From NCBI GenBank assembly GCA_963708025.1, contig CAVPSB010000025.1, forward strand, positions 256,001-320,000: DNA of 64,000 bases, in the 5' to 3' direction. Positions 29,377 to 39,750 of the stretch are shown here, one piece after another; within the stretch, counting starts at the first letter, position 1, and the number at the start of each line of letters is the position of its first letter. This DNA comes from an uncultured Candidatus Rokubacteria bacterium (GTDB lineage: Bacteria; Methylomirabilota; Methylomirabilia; Rokubacteriales; DASRDR01). The position numbers and the translations under genes were made by a program. The notes beneath the pieces are model-generated. The model was not told the origin of the DNA. It ran no database searches and saw only the letters and a program-made list of their open reading frames with translations.

Positions 29377-29925
29377 CTAGGTCTTCTTGACGCGAATCTC
29401 GACGCGGCGGTTCTTCTGGCGGCCGTCCGGATCGTCGGTGCCATCCGTCCTGGTGTTGGACGCGATCGGGCGGGTCATCCCGAAGCCGCGGGCGGTCAGG
29501 CGCGCCGGCGGGATGCCCCCCTCCTTCACGAGCCAGTCCCTCACCGCGCTCGCGCGGCGCGCGGAGAGCTTCTGGTTGTAGTCGGCGCCGCCCTTGCCGT
29601 CGGTGTGCCCATCGATGGTCGCCGGAGCACCGGGCATCCCCTTGAGCACCTCGGCCACCTTGGAGAGCGACTCGACCGCGGCCGGCTTCAGGTCGGCCTT
29701 GTCGAAATCGAACAGGACGTCGGCGGCCAGCTCGATGACGATCTCCTGACCGACGACCTTCGCGCCGAGATCCTGCAGCACGCCCTCGAGGCCGCGCGCC
29801 ACCCCGACGATGTCCAGGACCTTGCCCTGAACGTCCAGGATCTTCCCGGGCGGGGTCTGCGCGTCCGCCTGGGACAGGAGACCGAGCACGACCGCCACGC
29901 TCAGCCGGGCGAGACCCGGGGCCAT
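29377..29925 (-). CDS. OmpA-family peptidoglycan-binding protein
   Basis: DVLFDFDKADL, GHTD, NQKLSARRA, NRRVEI. Confidence 0.93.
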   Translation of the reverse strand: MAPGLARLSVAVVLGLLSQADAQTPPGKILDVQGKVLDIVGVARGLEGVLQDLGAKVVGQEIVIELAADVLFDFDKADLKPAAVESLSKVAEVLKGMPGAPATIDGHTDGKGGADYNQKLSARRASAVRDWLVKEGGIPPARLTARGFGMTRPIASNTRTDGTDDPDGRQKNRRVEIRVKKT

Positions 29926-29959
29926 GGGAGCCTCCGCACGTGCGCGCCAGGGCGCGCCG

Positions 29960-30436
29960 TCAGTCGGTGATCGGCACGTTGTCGAACGGGGGCGTAATCG
30001 GCGTGAAGTAGCTGATCTTCTTCACGTCGGCCGGCGGGGCCGGAAATTTCGCCCACCAGACGTAGGACGCGCCCTTGGCGACGGCCGCGCTCAAGTTCCC
30101 GAACGCGTCGCCCTGCGGGGCCAGCGGGGTTTTCTCCGAATCGCGAAGGATGAAGTACTTCTTGCCGCCGGCGGTCACGTAGTACGAGTCGTAGTTGCGA
30201 CCGGTGATCACGCCGACCTTGACGTTCTGGTCCCCAGTGTTGCGCAAGCGCACGCGAATCGTGAGGACGCCGTCTTGCCGCTTGCACTCGGTGATCTCCG
30301 CGACAATTCCGGCGACGTTCGAGTCCTGGCTCTGGATCGGTGCTTGCGCCAGCGTGGGGCCAGAGAAGAGCAGGCCCGCGGCGAATCCGAGCAGCGTCAA
30401 CCAGCTCGGCCTGGATCGGATCACGGTGGTGACCAT
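29960..30436 (-). CDS. exported beta-rich hypothetical protein co-transcribed with the OmpA gene
   Basis: Signal peptide (TLA-Q), WAKFPAPP, FDNVPI. Confidence 0.8.
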   Translation of the reverse strand: MVTTVIRSRPSWLTLLGFAAGLLFSGPTLAQAPIQSQDSNVAGIVAEITECKRQDGVLTIRVRLRNTGDQNVKVGVITGRNYDSYYVTAGGKKYFILRDSEKTPLAPQGDAFGNLSAAVAKGASYVWWAKFPAPPADVKKISYFTPITPPFDNVPITD

Positions 30437-30738
30437 GTCAACCTCCCTGTTCGACGGTGGCTGTAGCCCGCCGCGTGGGGGCGAAGCCGAGCGTCGGCCT
30501 CGCGATCGCCCGAGGACCCCCGGGGCATCCTGCGCCGACGCGGGCTCGCGGTCAAGGAGCGGCGGAGGGGTGCGGTGCCGGAGCCCCGGTGGGGCCCCGG
30601 CGCGAGGGCGCTCCCGGGGAGGGTCTGGCCGAGCGGCGAGTACCCCTGACGCTTCCTACGGCCATTCTTGGCCGGCCGGCCAGGACCGCGCGTGCGATCA
30701 TCTCGCCCACGGCTTCGTAGCGGGCAGACGAGCGCTCG

Positions 30739-31974
30739 TCAGCGAGTCGCTTTGGGGAGGCTCCGCGCCGCGAGCTCGCCGATCTTCTTGCCCATCGCGG
30801 TGCCGACCTCCGTCGAGTTACGGTAGTGCACCCCGTCGTAGATGCGCGCCACCGCGACTTCCCTCACGAAGTCGCCGACGCTCGTCCACGTGCGCACGGC
30901 ACCCCCGGCGGTCGAGCTGGCCGAGCTCAGCTTCGGGACCGGGCCGGCGCCGATCTCGACTTCGAGCACGGCGCCCAGAGACGCTGACACGATGCAGTGG
31001 GCGCATGGATACTCCGGGTGCATCGGCGTGTCGATGAACGGCGTCCAGCCGGGATCGCGCGCGGTGGCATCGTTGCCGTCGAGATCACCGTTGCGAATGG
31101 CCGTGATCGGACGCCAGAGATTGTAGATGTACTTGGCGTCGAAGACGGCGATCAGCGCGTCGTCCATGGCCATCCCCGCCACCGCGAGCAGGCGCGCGTT
31201 GTCGGTCAGGTCCCGGCCGGGCGCAGCCGCGACCGAGCGCGCCACCGGCCAGTAGACGGCCGGGGCCGTCGCTTCCCAGAAGCGCGCGATGACGGTTTGC
31301 TCCGGCGTGCGCTGGGTGCTGTTCTTCGCGCCGAGCGCCTTGATCTCGTTGTAGTCCCGCGTCCAGATATCACTGGTCAGGCTTGGCGGAGCGACCGGGC
31401 GGAACTGGTCGCCGCTGGTCATCGTCCACGGCTTGCGCTTGCCCCAGTTGGGCACCGCCGGAAGCAGCGTCGGCACGTAGGCCCCCGCCGTCGTATGGGG
31501 TCGATACGTGTCGGGAAGGCCGATTCCGTCTTCAGCGCGGGAGGTGAGGATGGCCGTCGCCGCTTGGTCGCCGACCGCGATGCCATCGGCCTTCGCGGGT
31601 CCGTCGGCCAGCGGCCGCAGGATGGTTTGATAGTCCGCGTCGATCGCCGCCTGTTGAGTCGGCATGAGCTTCAGTAATGCCGTCCGCGTCGCCGCGGCGA
31701 CCGCGGCCTCAACCGAGGCGCCGGGCGCCGCGGGGATCTTTGCGCGAGACGTGGGGTAGCGGCCGGTGATCGCGTTGACGGCCTCGAATACCGAGACCTG
31801 GACGATGGCCATCGTCCGCACCGCCACGGGAGTCGCTGGATTCCTGGACGCCACGTCGGCGGCCTTCGTGTTCGAGTCGGTGACGACATCGGCGTGGGCG
31901 CCCGGTGCGCCGGCCAGCATCACCGCGGCAAGGATCCAGAGACATGCACTGATCGGCCAGCCGTTGGTTTTCAT
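30739..31974 (-). CDS. exported vanadium-haloperoxidase-like PAP2 protein
   Basis: Signal peptide, KYIYNLWRP, PEYPCAH, ARIYDGVHY. Confidence 0.88.
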   Translation of the reverse strand: MKTNGWPISACLWILAAVMLAGAPGAHADVVTDSNTKAADVASRNPATPVAVRTMAIVQVSVFEAVNAITGRYPTSRAKIPAAPGASVEAAVAAATRTALLKLMPTQQAAIDADYQTILRPLADGPAKADGIAVGDQAATAILTSRAEDGIGLPDTYRPHTTAGAYVPTLLPAVPNWGKRKPWTMTSGDQFRPVAPPSLTSDIWTRDYNEIKALGAKNSTQRTPEQTVIARFWEATAPAVYWPVARSVAAAPGRDLTDNARLLAVAGMAMDDALIAVFDAKYIYNLWRPITAIRNGDLDGNDATARDPGWTPFIDTPMHPEYPCAHCIVSASLGAVLEVEIGAGPVPKLSSASSTAGGAVRTWTSVGDFVREVAVARIYDGVHYRNSTEVGTAMGKKIGELAARSLPKATR

Positions 31975-32078
31975 GATCGCTCCCCCTCGTGATGGAGAAC
32001 TGATGTCGCGCGCTCGTGTCGATAGTTGTAGATGACCGTCGCAGTCTTCATGTGGTGTCAGTCACCAATCACCCCAGG

Positions 32079-35000
32079 TCACGCGTCGAGCTCAGTCAGG
32101 AGGGCCTTCGCCGCGCGCAGGTCGCGCGTGTCGAAGCCTTCGGTGAACCAGCCGTAGACGTCGGCGAGCTCGCGCCGTGCCTGGTCGCGCCGGCCCCGCG
32201 TGGCGAGCAGCCGCGCCAGGCTCGTCGCCGCGCGCAGCTCGAGGGACTTCTCCGAGCGGCGGCGCGCGATGTCGAGGGCGGTGCGGAAGCATCGCTCGGC
32301 CGCCTCGTCGTTGCCGGTCGCCTCCTGCAGCAGGAGCTCGCCCTCGAGGCGGCACACCTCGGCCGCCAGGAATCCGTGACGACCCGCCTCGACGATCGAC
32401 GCGAGCGCCCGGCGTCCCTCGGCGGGATGGCCCGCCTCGTGACCGAGCTCGGCAAGGACGCAGAGGCAAAAGGTCTGGCGCCACACGGCGGTGCGGACCT
32501 GCATGAGCCGGCGGTGCAGGTCGGCGAGCGCGTCGGCGTCGAGGCGCGCGGCCGCCGTGACGTGGGGAACGACGACGGTGGCGTCGCCCCACGGCGCGAA
32601 CCCGTGGGCGTCCACGAGCGCGCGCATGCGCTCCACGCTCTCGGCAGCCGCCTCGCGCTCGCCTCGCTGGTAGTGCAGCCACGTTGCGAACCACAGGGCG
32701 ATCGTCGTCGTCTGCGGATGTCGGAGCTCGTCCGCGAGGCGCTGCGCGTCGCGCAGGTGCTCGACGGCACGATCGGGATACCCGAGCAGCCAGCGCGCGG
32801 CGGCGAGCTGGTAGCGGCAGCACGCGCCGGGGTCGTGACCGGCGTAGAGGACCGCCTGCGAGGCGTGACGCTCTCGCTGATACAGGGCGATCCCGCGCTC
32901 CATGTGCGGAACGGCAGCGGCCGCGTCGCCCATGGCGACGAGCGTCGGCCACAGCGCGTGGTGCGCCTCCACGAGCCGCCCGGTGTCCTCGCCGGTGCGC
33001 GCGTCGTCGAGCAGGCGCTGGCCGGCCTCGCGCGCCGCGCGGTAGCGCCCGCACGTGTAGTCGACGAACCACAGCCCCCAGAGCACCGGGAACCGACGTG
33101 TCGTGTCGCCGAGCCGCTCGACGAGCTCGAGCGCGCGGGTGTACACGACCTGCACCTCCGGCGCCACGGCGCTCTTGAGCACGATCAGCGCCGGCCCCAG
33201 CGCGACGTGGACGTCGAGCGCCGACGAGAGCCGCTCCGCAGTCTCCGGCAGCCCGCCGAGGACGCCGAGCGCCGCCTCGAAGAACTCGACGGCCTCGCGC
33301 GTGGCCGAGCGTCCCACGGATTTCTCGCCGGCGAGGTGCAAGTACCGCACGGCCTTGTCGGCGAGACCCCCCCGGACGGCGTGGTGGGCGAGGACTTCGA
33401 CCTGCTCGGTCAGCCGGTCGGCGTGCAGCCGCTCGATCGTCTCCACGAGCGCGGCGTGGAGGGCGCGCCGCCGATCGTGCAGCACGCCGCCGTAGGCGAC
33501 CTCTTGGGTGAGCGCGTGCTTGAACGTGTACTCGAGGTCGGGAAAGAGGCGCGTCTCGTACAGGAACTCCGCCCGTCTGCAGCTCACCCAGCGCCGCCCT
33601 CAGCTCGTCGCCTGCCTGCTCGACGATCGGCTCGATCAGCGCGAGGGCGACGTCCTTGCCCACGACGGCGGCGGCCTGCAGCAGCCGCTTGAGCTCGGGC
33701 GACAGGCGATCGATGCGCGCCGCCAGGATCGCCTGCACCGTCGCCGGGATCTGCAGCGCCTCCACCGGCCGCGCCAGCCGGTACGCGCCGGGCTCGCCGA
33801 CGAGCCCGCCGCTCTCGGCGAGCGCGCGCACGCTCTCCTCGAGGAAGAGCGGGTTGCCTTCCGTGCGCTCGATCAGCACGGCCTTCAGCGGTCGCACGGA
33901 GGCGTCGTCGCCGACGAGCGCTTGGAGCAGCTCGTCGGCGTTCTCCGGCGGGCAGCGGGTCGATGCGGAGCTGCCGGTAGTACGTCTTGCTTCCCCAGCC
34001 GTGCCGGTACTCGGGCCGGTAGTTCACCGCGAGCAGGATGGGCGCCGTCGGCAGGCTCTCGACGAGCCCGTCGAGGAAGCCCTGCGTCTCGCCGTCGATC
34101 CAGTGCAGGTCTTCGAACAACAGCACCAGTGGCTGCACGCGGCTCTCGCACAGGAGCAGGCGCCTGGCGCCGTCGACGGCGCGCGCGCCGTCGCAGCGCG
34201 GGCTCGAGAGCCAGAAAGGCGTCGTCGACCGGTAGCGCGTCGAGCAGCCACGACACGGCGGGCACCGCGTCCTCGAGCTTGCGGTCGAGCGTCAGCATCG
34301 TGCCGGTCACCTTCGCGCGCACGCTCCGCGTGTCGTCGCGATCCTCGATGCGGAAGTAGCCGCGGAGCAGATCCGCGAGCGGCAGGAACGGCGTTGCCTT
34401 GCCGTAGGAGACGGAGCTGGCTTCGCGCACCAGCCAGCCGTGCGTGCGGTGCGAGTGGACGAACTCGTGGAAGAGACGCGACTTGCCGACGCCCGGCTCG
34501 CCCACCACGGCGACCAGCTGGCCGCGGCCGCCCTTCGCCTGCTCGGCCGCCTGACGGATCTGCTCCATCTCCGCGTCTCGCCCGACGAAGCGCGTGAACC
34601 CCCGCGCGCGCGCCGCCTGCAGCCGCGTCCGCACCGCGGCGGCACCGAGCAGCTCGAAGACCTCCACCGGCTCGGCGACGCCTTTCATCGGAATCGGCCC
34701 GAGCGGCTTCACCTGCACGAAGCCCTCGGCCAGCCGTAGCGTCTCCGCGGTCAGCCGGATCGTTCCCGGCAGCGCCAGCTGCTCCATCCGCGCGGCGAGA
34801 TGCGTCGTCTGCCCTACCGCCGTGTAGTCCATGCGCAGGTCGCTGCCGATCGTGCGCACGAGCACGTCGCCCGAGTTGAGCCCGGCGCGCGCCTGCACCT
34901 CGATCCCCTGCGTGCGTCGCAGCTCCTCGGTGTAGCGACGGATCGCGTCCTGCATGCGGAGCGCGGCGTAGCAGGCGCGGACGGCGTGATCCTCGTGGGC

Positions 35001-35447
35001 CAGGGGCGCGCCGAAGAGCGCCATGATCCCGTCGCCCATGACCTGATTCACGGTGCCTTCGTAGCGGTGGACCGCCTCCATCATCCGCTCGAGGACCGGA
35101 TCGAGGAGCTTGCGGGCCTCCTCCGGGTCGCGCTCGGCGAGCAGCTCCATCGAGCCCTTGATGTCCACGAAGAGCACGGTGACCTGCTTGCGCTCACCTT
35201 CGAGCGCCGTCCGCGACGTGAGGATCCGGTCGGCCAGGTGCCGCGGCGTGTAGGCGCCCGGCGACGCGAACCGCGGCGGCGAGGCGGCGTCGTCCGCCGC
35301 GAGCCGCGCGCCGCAGCTGTTGCAGAACCGGCTGCCGGCAGGATTGGACTCTCCGCACGTCGCGCAGGTCGCGACGAGCCGGCCGCCGCAGCCGTTGCAG
35401 AACCGCGCCTCGGGAGGATTGTCCTGACGACACTGGGGGCAGGTCAT
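32079..35447 (-). CDS. class III adenylate/guanylate cyclase with double zinc ribbon, AAA ATPase and TPR domains (several frameshifts, ~33570-34200)
   Basis: CPQC..FCNGCG..CATCG..FCNSCG, ERKQVTVLFVD, GDGIMALFGAP, GEPGVGKS, EDLHW, YGWFTEGFDT. Confidence 0.93.
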
Positions 35448-35608
35448 TGGCGGAGCCCGGGCGCGGCGCAAGTCCAGGTCAGGGCACCCGCCTTCGCGCA
35501 CACTTGCGCATGGACCTCGAGCTCAGCCCCGAGCAGCTCTCCGCTGACGGGTCGGCGCTCGTGCGCGGTCAGCCGTCTGGCGCACTGCTTCCCACGCGTC
35601 ACGCACGC

Positions 35609-36475
35609 TCACGTTGGCGGATAGAAGGCCGGATTGAACCGCCGCGCGCAGAGCCCTGTTGCCCGCGACAGGTCGATGTCGTGCACCAACAACTGCTCCT
35701 GGCCATAGGGAACGTAGGCCAGACAGTCCCCGTCCGGGCCGAGCAGGCTGGTCGCGGACTCCTGGTAGCGCATCGCGTAGTTGACACTGGCGAAATAGAT
35801 GGTGTTCTCGACGCTGCGCGCCACCATCGCCTTCTCATAGTAGGGCGAGCTCGGGTCACACCAGCGATCGATGGTCACGCCGGTGCGGTCGCTTCCCGTG
35901 AGCTGCGGGTGAAAGACCAGACGAGCACCGCGGGTGGCCGCCCATCGTACACTCTCGGGGTAGCGCCATCCCTCGTGGCAAATGGCAATACCAAACGGGA
36001 CGCCTTCGACCTCGAACAGCCGCCGCCGTCCGTCGGGCACGTAGAACGGCTCTTCCTCGAGCGGGATCTGGTTCTTCGCCTGACAGCCCACGATCGCGCC
36101 GTCACGCGAGATGACGAACGCCACGTTGTGCAGCCCAGCGGCGGATTCCCATTCCATTCCGACGACGACGGCCACGCCGTGCCGCTGGGCCGCGGCACGA
36201 ATCTCCTCGAGCGCCGCTTGCTGGCGGCGTTGGTCAGGGGGCGGGACGGAAAAGTCCTGGCCTCGCAATCCGGGGATGTAGGTCTCCGGGAAACAGACGA
36301 TGGCCGCACCCTGCGCGCCAGCGTCCTCCAGGAAGAGGTCGACCGTTCGGAGCCGCTCCTCGACGGACGGCGCATTCCGCGCGGCCGCCAAACCGATGCG
36401 TAAGCTCGAGTTCGCGTTCGTCCGTCCCATTGGCCTGCCCGCCTCCAGATCCGCAGCCCTGGAGGTAGTCGACAT
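35609..36475 (-). CDS. carbon-nitrogen hydrolase (nitrilase superfamily); start uncertain (36475 or 36430)
   Basis: Catalytic triad contexts CFPE, QAK, ICHE. Confidence 0.9.
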   Translation of the reverse strand: MSTTSRAADLEAGRPMGRTNANSSLRIGLAAARNAPSVEERLRTVDLFLEDAGAQGAAIVCFPETYIPGLRGQDFSVPPPDQRRQQAALEEIRAAAQRHGVAVVVGMEWESAAGLHNVAFVISRDGAIVGCQAKNQIPLEEEPFYVPDGRRRLFEVEGVPFGIAICHEGWRYPESVRWAATRGARLVFHPQLTGSDRTGVTIDRWCDPSSPYYEKAMVARSVENTIYFASVNYAMRYQESATSLLGPDGDCLAYVPYGQEQLLVHDIDLSRATGLCARRFNPAFYPPT

Positions 36476-36668
36476 GAAGCCCCTTCTCGGCCGGCCCCTT
36501 CCAAGGGGGGCTGGCGGACCAAACCCGCTCCGCCCCGATGGTGCGCGGCCGGCGCGGGCCGTGTCAAGGGCGGCACCTGGCGGGGGGGCGGCACCCGCCG
36601 CGCCCCCGACGCAGGGACCGTCGAAGGGGAAGGTCATGCTTCGAGTGACAGCGGCGGCCATCCCCCGC

Positions 36669-36722
36669 TTGACAGGCCGCGCACCGATTTAGTATCAATT
36701 AAGGCAGTTCAGCATCCCTGAA
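36669..36722 (+). promoter_or_regulatory. promoter region with inverted-repeat operator
   Basis: TTGACA at 36669, AT-rich TAGTATCAATT, TTCAG-N5-CTGAA at 36708-36722. Confidence 0.55.
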
Positions 36723-36743
36723 TTCGAGACCCGGAGCCTGCGA

Positions 36744-37223
36744 ATGCGGATCCTGCTGTCCCTGAACGTCAACGGCGAGGCCCACGAGGTGGCCGTGGCC
36801 GTGCACAAGACGTTGCTGGAGGTGCTGCGGGAGGACCTCGGGCTGACGGGGACGAAGCACGGGTGCGAGCTGGGGGAGTGCGGGACCTGCACGGTGCTGG
36901 TGGACGGGGAGCCGGTGCTGTCGTGCCTGGCGCTGCCGGTGGAGCTGGAAGGCTCGGAGATCCTGACGGTGGAGGGGATGGCGGGGGCGGGGGGGCTGCA
37001 CCCGCTGCAGCAGGCGTTCGCGGAGCTGGGGGCGGCGCAGTGCGGGTACTGCACGCCAGGGATCCTCTTGACCGCGAAGGCGCTCCTCGACACCGAGCCG
37101 CGGCCGACGCGGGACGGGATCCGGGCGGCGCTGGCGGGGAACCTCTGCCGCTGCACCGGGTACACGAAGATCCTGGATGCGGTGGAGCTGGCGGCGGGCC
37201 GGCTCGCGAAGGCCCGAGCATGA
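36744..37223 (+). CDS. hcrC: 2Fe-2S small subunit, xanthine-oxidase family (HcrC-like)
   Basis: GTKHGCELGECGTC, QCGYCTPG, NLCRCTGY. Confidence 0.85.
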   Translation: MRILLSLNVNGEAHEVAVAVHKTLLEVLREDLGLTGTKHGCELGECGTCTVLVDGEPVLSCLALPVELEGSEILTVEGMAGAGGLHPLQQAFAELGAAQCGYCTPGILLTAKALLDTEPRPTRDGIRAALAGNLCRCTGYTKILDAVELAAGRLAKARA

Positions 37224-39640
37224 GTGACCGCGAGCTGTCCGTCGTCGGGAAGCCGCTGCCGAAGGTGGATGCTTGGGCGAAGGTGACCGGGGAGACCCGG
37301 TTCGCCGACGACCTGGTACTGCCGCGGATGGCCTACGCGAAGATCCTGCGCGGCCAGCATCCCCACGCGCTGATCCGGAAGATCGACACGAGCCGGGCGG
37401 CGGCCCTTCCCGGCGTCTATGCCGTCATCACGGGGCGGGACTTCGCGCCGGTGAAGTTCGGGATCATGCCGGTGAGCCAGGACGAGGAGCCGCTCTGCCT
37501 GGAGAAGATCCGGTTCGTGGGAGACCCGGTGGCGGCGGTGGCGGCACAAGACGAAGAGACCGCCGAGCGGGCGATGCACCTGATCGACGTGGAGTACGAG
37601 CCGCTCCCGCCGCTGATGTCGATCGACCAGGCGCTCAAAGAGGGAAGCCACCGCATCCACGAGTACGGCGACGGCCACAACATCCACAAGCTGGTCTCGC
37701 TGGAGTTCGGCGACGTGGAGGAAGGCTTCCGCGAGGCGGACCTGGTGCGGGAGGACGTCTTCTTCTTCGAGGGGAACACGCACCTCCCGATGGAGCAGCA
37801 CGCGGCGCTGGCCCACGCGACCCTCGACGGCAAGGTGACCCTCTGGTCCTCGACCCAGACGCCGCACTACGTCCACCGCGCGGTGTCGAAGGTCCTCCAG
37901 CTCCCGATGAGCCACGTCCGGGTGATCGCGACCCCGAACGGCGGCGGCTTCGGTGGGAAGTCGGACCCCTTCAGCCACGAGATGGTGGTCTGCCGGCTGG
38001 CTCAGCTCACCGGACGGCCGGTGAAGACGACGCTGACCCGCGAGGAGGTCTTCTACACCCACCGCGGCCGCCACCCGGTGCTGATGTGGATCAAGTCGGG
38101 GGTGCGGAAGGACGGCGCGCTGCTGGCGATCCAATTCCGCTCCTTCCTGGACGGCGGGGCCTACGGCTCCTACGGCGTGGCCTCGACCTTCTACACGGGC
38201 GCGCTCCAGACGGTGACCTACAAGGTCCCGCGCTACAAGTTCGAGGGCTGCCGGGTCTTCACCAACAAGCCGCCGTGCGGCCCCAAGCGCGGCCACGGGA
38301 CGCCGCAGCCGCGCTTCGCCCTGGAGGTCCACCTGGACAAGATCGCCGAGCAGCTCGGCCTCGACCCGGCCGAGATGCGGCGGCGCCACGCGGTGGACGA
38401 GCATACCAAGACGGTGAACCACCTCACGATCACGACCTCGGGCCTCCGCGAGTGCCTGGACCGCGTGGTCGAGGCCTCGGGCTGGCGGGGCAAGCACGGT
38501 CAGCTCCCGGCCGGGCGCGGCATCGGGATCGCCGCCTCCTCCTACATCTCGGGGGCAGGGCTCCCGATCTACTGGAACGACATGCCGCACTCGGGCGTCA
38601 TGCTGAAGATCGACCGGGGCGGCGGGGTGGCGGTCTTCTGCGGCTCGACGGACATCGGCCAGGGCTCGGACTCGGTGCTGGCCTACGTAGTGGCCGAGGT
38701 GCTCGGCATCCGGCCCGAGGACATCCGGGTGGTGACGGCGGACACCGACCTGACGCCGGTGGACCTGGGCTCCTACTCCTCGCGGGTGACCCTGATGACC
38801 GGGAACGCCGCCAAGGAGGCGGCGGAGAAGCTGCGCGGCCAGCTCCTCGACGCGGCGGCGAAGAAGCTCGAGGTCTCGCCGGCCGACCTCGAGGCGCGCG
38901 ACCGGCGGATCTTCGTCCGCGATGACCCGGCCCGGGGGCTCGCCTTCGACGAGGCGGCGCGGCTGGCCGAGGCCGCCTACGGCACGCTCGTCTCGGCCGG
39001 CTCCTACACGCCGCCGAAGCGGGCCGCGAAGTTCAAGGGCGCGGGGGTGGGGCCGACGCCAGCCTACTCCTACTCGGCGTGCGTGACGGAGCTCGAGGTG
39101 GACCCGGGTACGGGGGAGATCCGGGTCGACCGGATCTGGATCGCCCACGACGGGGGGACGGCGATCAACCCGCTGCTGGTCGAGGGCCAGGTCGAGGGCT
39201 CGATCTACATGGGGCTCGGCGAGGTGCTGATGGAGGAGCAGGTCTTCCGCCACGGGCTCCACAAGATCCCCTCGCTGCTGGAGTACAAGAGCCCGACCAC
39301 GCTGGAGACGCCGGAGATCACGACGATCCTGGTCCAGACCCGCGACCCCGAGGGGCCGTTCGGGGCGAAGGAGGCGGGGCAGGGACCCCTCCTCCCGATC
39401 ATCCCGGCGGTGGCCAACGCGATCCACGATGCGGTGGGCGTGTGGATCGACGAGGTCCCGATCACGCCGGACAAGATCCTGAAGGCGCTCGACCTGAAAG
39501 CCAAGGGCCGGCCGCCGCGGGTCGGCCCCGAGCGCCTCCCCGACGTCCGCTTCCCGGAGCCGATCCGGGTGCCACCGCCGTGGGTGGACCCCGAGGGCCG
39601 GGCCTCGACGGCGATCCACAAGGAGACGCCGCGGCCATGA
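37220..39640 (+). CDS. hcrA: molybdopterin subunit, xanthine-oxidase family (4-hydroxybenzoyl-CoA reductase alpha-like)
   Basis: KVTGETRFADD, GGGFGGK, RGHG.PQ, DIGQGS, GSYSSR, VEGQVEG, GPFGAKEAGQ. Confidence 0.8.
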   Translation: MSDRELSVVGKPLPKVDAWAKVTGETRFADDLVLPRMAYAKILRGQHPHALIRKIDTSRAAALPGVYAVITGRDFAPVKFGIMPVSQDEEPLCLEKIRFVGDPVAAVAAQDEETAERAMHLIDVEYEPLPPLMSIDQALKEGSHRIHEYGDGHNIHKLVSLEFGDVEEGFREADLVREDVFFFEGNTHLPMEQHAALAHATLDGKVTLWSSTQTPHYVHRAVSKVLQLPMSHVRVIATPNGGGFGGKSDPFSHEMVVCRLAQLTGRPVKTTLTREEVFYTHRGRHPVLMWIKSGVRKDGALLAIQFRSFLDGGAYGSYGVASTFYTGALQTVTYKVPRYKFEGCRVFTNKPPCGPKRGHGTPQPRFALEVHLDKIAEQLGLDPAEMRRRHAVDEHTKTVNHLTITTSGLRECLDRVVEASGWRGKHGQLPAGRGIGIAASSYISGAGLPIYWNDMPHSGVMLKIDRGGGVAVFCGSTDIGQGSDSVLAYVVAEVLGIRPEDIRVVTADTDLTPVDLGSYSSRVTLMTGNAAKEAAEKLRGQLLDAAAKKLEVSPADLEARDRRIFVRDDPARGLAFDEAARLAEAAYGTLVSAGSYTPPKRAAKFKGAGVGPTPAYSYSACVTELEVDPGTGEIRVDRIWIAHDGGTAINPLLVEGQVEGSIYMGLGEVLMEEQVFRHGLHKIPSLLEYKSPTTLETPEITTILVQTRDPEGPFGAKEAGQGPLLPIIPAVANAIHDAVGVWIDEVPITPDKILKALDLKAKGRPPRVGPERLPDVRFPEPIRVPPPWVDPEGRASTAIHKETPRP

Positions 39641-39725
39641 TGCGGCTGCCGCCGTTCACCTACCTCGCCCCGAAACGGCTCGACGAGGCGGTGCGCCTCC
39701 TCGCCGAGCACGGCCCGGCCGCGAT
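39624..39725 (+). repeat. 102-bp direct repeat, copy 1 (hcrA stop and hcrB start; gives 36-aa truncated hcrB at 39637-39747)
   Basis: Identical to 40670-40771 except one base. Confidence 0.97.
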
Positions 39726-39750
39726 TCGGACGCTCGAGCAGCCGTGAGCG

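Noticed and set aside
30460-30735. GC-rich intergenic stretch with small hairpins as possible ncRNA
   Set aside because: No recognisable family motif and no second copy in the window.
35510-35545. MDLELSPEQL, resembling an acyl-CoA dehydrogenase start
   Set aside because: Only about 10 codons, then it runs antisense into the nitrilase-family gene. At most a remnant.
5642-39619. Very long antisense or alternate-frame ORFs (5642-8251, 9974-13819, 22274-24682, 36695-39619)
   Set aside because: Shadow ORFs typical of high-GC DNA; they overlap well-supported genes and have no motifs.
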